A DNA stretch of 64,000 bases from Octopus sinensis (taxonomy: Eukaryota). Numbering within the stretch: the first letter of the stretch is position 1; each line of letters starts with the position of its first letter. Shown one piece after another: positions 61,752 through 64,000 of this stretch. Made by a program: the position numbers and the translations under genes. The stretch spans positions 10,478,001-10,542,000 of the forward strand of contig NC_043024.1 of NCBI RefSeq assembly GCF_006345805.1, given 5' to 3'. The notes under the pieces were generated by a model that saw nothing but the letters and a program-made list of their open reading frames with translations, was not told the origin of the DNA and did not search any database.

Positions 61752-61811
61752 AATCCCCCCTCTTCTCCTGATCCGGCACCAACCACTTTAGTCTGCAGTG
61801 AATGCATTTAG
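61752..61811 (+). CDS. Unverified candidate terminal exon (NPPSSPDPAPTTLVCSECI*)
   Basis: Strong acceptor tttttgtttgttttttttctcatctttactgcag|; phase-0 frame open to TAG at 61809-61811. No homology recognised. Confidence 0.3.
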   Translation, partial: NPPSSPDPAPTTLVCSECI

Positions 61812-61837
61812 GATGCTATCAGCACTAGAGGTTACCC

Positions 61838-61923
61838 GTCTTGAGACAGCATCCACCCGGGGTGGGTTGAGCTGGATAAATGAAGCCAGCTCAACCCACC
61901 CCGGGTGGATGCTGTCTCAAGAC
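61838..61923. repeat. Perfect 38-bp inverted repeat with a 10-nt loop
   Basis: Arms 61838-61875 and 61886-61923 are exact reverse complements. Confidence 0.97.
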
Positions 61924-62216
61924 AAGACCTATGGCAGAGCCAAAGAGCTTCCTCTCATTTGTGATATGGTTTATGGTCAAGCAGTGATGGGTGGACAGTT
62001 GCACAGCAGGGTGGGTGGTAGTGGGTGATGACAGTTAAAATAGCAAGGGGTCCTCAGCTGTGGCCCTTGGGTGTCCTTCTGGCTCTCAACAGTTTTCATT
62101 CTATAAATATAAATTTCCTTCTGTTTTACTTAATTACAAAGGAAGCTCTGTGTGAGTTGGGGTTGCATATTAAGGTGTACGTGCTAACCTGGTTGAGGTA
62201 ACCCCTTGGTCTCAAA

Positions 62217-62448
62217 AAGGCGGCTAGTTGGCAGAAACGTCAGCATGCCGGGCGAAATGATAAGCGGTATTTCGTCTGTCGCTATGTTCTGAGTTCAAAT
62301 TCCGCCGAGGTCAACTGTGCCTTTCATCCTTCTGGGGTCGATAAATTAAGTACCAGTTACACGATGTGGTAGATGTAATCGACTTAATCCGTTTGTCTGT
62401 CCTTGTTTGTCCCCTCTGTGTTTAGCCCCTTGTGGGTAGTAAAGAAAT
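62217..62448 (+). mobile_element. Full-length SINE type B with a 21-bp TSD
   Basis: aggtaaccccttggtctcaaa at 62196-62216 and 62449-62469. Confidence 0.92.
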
Positions 62449-63752
62449 AGGTAACCCCTTGGTCTCAAATCCTCACATTTAACCCTTTTGTTATGCATTG
62501 CGAAGGGTTTTGAAAATAATGGAAGAATTTAGTAAAATTTGTCATTATGAAAGTGGATTTTGGATCATCATCATCATTTGGTGTCTGCTTTCCATGCTGG
62601 CATGGGTTTGACTGGAACTGCTAAACCAGAGCTGCACCAAATTCCATCCTAATTATGTTTGGTTCCTATGGCTGGATGCCCTTCCTAATGCCAACCACTC
62701 CAAGAGTGCAATGGGTGCTTTTTGCGTGGCACTGGTACTTTTATGTACCATCTGCATGGGTGCCAGTTGCGTTGCGCTGGCGAAGGTCTTACTTTGGATC
62801 AGTTGACCACCCGTTTCTATTAAAAATAGCTGGGGACAATTTCAGGTGGGTTGGTATCAATATCAAAATAGTTAATTTGTTTCAAACATCTTTCGCTTGT
62901 TTCAGTCGTTAGATTGCAGCAGTCCTGGGGGGGACACTACCATCAGGAAGCTTTAATCGAAGGAATTGACCCTGGTACTTATTCTATCAATCTCTCTTGT
63001 TGAACTCCTAAGTAATGGAGATGTAAACACACCGACACAGGTTGTCAAGCACACACACAAGGGGCTCACAAGGCTTTCGTTGGCCTTAGTCATAGTAGAC
63101 ACTTGCCCAAAATGCCATGCAGTGGGACTGAACCTAGAACCATGTGGTTGGGAAGCAAGCTTCTTACCACACAGCTGTACCCGTACCATGGTGTGTATTG
63201 CAACAGAATTATGGTAACTGAAGTATTGAGGAGTGTTAGGGGGTTGCGTTCTAATTGGATTCTGCATCTCAAATTATAGGTTATCAGTTTTAATTTTCTC
63301 CATTATATCATTAACCATTCTGGCATTTAAACCATCCATTTCAGGCCTGAATATTCTGCCTGTTTTATGTCCAAACTGGCCAGATTCTGCCTCTTAAGCT
63401 TACTGTCATTCTAATGGGTGGGCTGTGACTTGCATGTGAGCCACACGGGTTTTTCTGATTTTTTTTTGTGTTTCTATAAATTTTAATGTTATTTATTGGG
63501 CTGTTGAGCAATAGACGGAATTTTTTGTCATAATTTATAGATTTTTACTTCAATAAGAATTGCCATGGGTGGGAAAGGGGATAGGGGCTTTTTTTTTTAT
63601 ACCTTTTACTTTGTCATTTGATGTGGCCATACTGGAGCACTGCCTTTCAAGGGTTTTTTTTTAGTCAAATTGACCCCATTGCTTAATTTTTATTGGTCTT
63701 TCTGTCGAACTGTCAGGGTGTGAACAAACCAAGACCGGTTGTCAAGCAGTGA

Positions 63753-63984
63753 GCTAGCAGAAACGTTAGCACACCGGGTGAAATGTTCAGTGGTATTTCG
63801 CCTGCCGCTACGTTCTGAGTTCAAATTCTGCCGAGGTCGCCTTTGCCTTTCATCCTTTCGGGGTCGATAAATTAAGTACCAGTTACGTACTGGGGTCGAT
63901 GTAATCGACTGAATCGACTTAATCCGTCTGTCTGTCCTTGTTTGTTCCTTCTGTGTTTAGCCCCTTGTGGGTAGTAAAGAAATA
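63753..63984 (+). mobile_element. SINE type B inserted into a type-A remnant, TSD of at least 16 bp
   Basis: ggttgtcaagcagtga at 63737-63752 and 63985-64000 (window end). Confidence 0.9.
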
Positions 63985-64000
63985 GGTTGTCAAGCAGTGA

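Overview
Repeat-dense eukaryotic DNA, not prokaryotic. The SINE families and microsatellite load match what I recall for Octopus; this is inference and was not checked by any search. The left end holds minus-strand exons of a ZBBX (zinc finger B-box protein 1)-like gene: one confident exon at 27-354, three small candidate exons and one weaker candidate. I could not find its B-box exon. The rest is mostly intronic or intergenic: three tRNA-headed SINE types, many RTE-LINE 3' ends and one deleted RTE LINE, a mariner remnant, a tandem non-autonomous Helitron, MITEs, mini- and microsatellites, and several unverified candidate exons on both strands. The most interesting signals are: (1) two minimal type-I hammerhead-ribozyme-like motifs on the same strand bracketing a ~0.9 kb composite element (15.2-16.2 kb), with degenerate relatives at 22.2-22.5 kb; (2) a SINE whose target duplications begin with GG(T), which could explain its recurrent head-less concatemers by self-targeting; (3) a perfect 38-bp hairpin at 61.8 kb. 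No CRISPR array, rRNA or intact tRNA gene is supported. Repeat boundaries are approximate (about +/-10-20 nt) unless a TSD or TIR is quoted.
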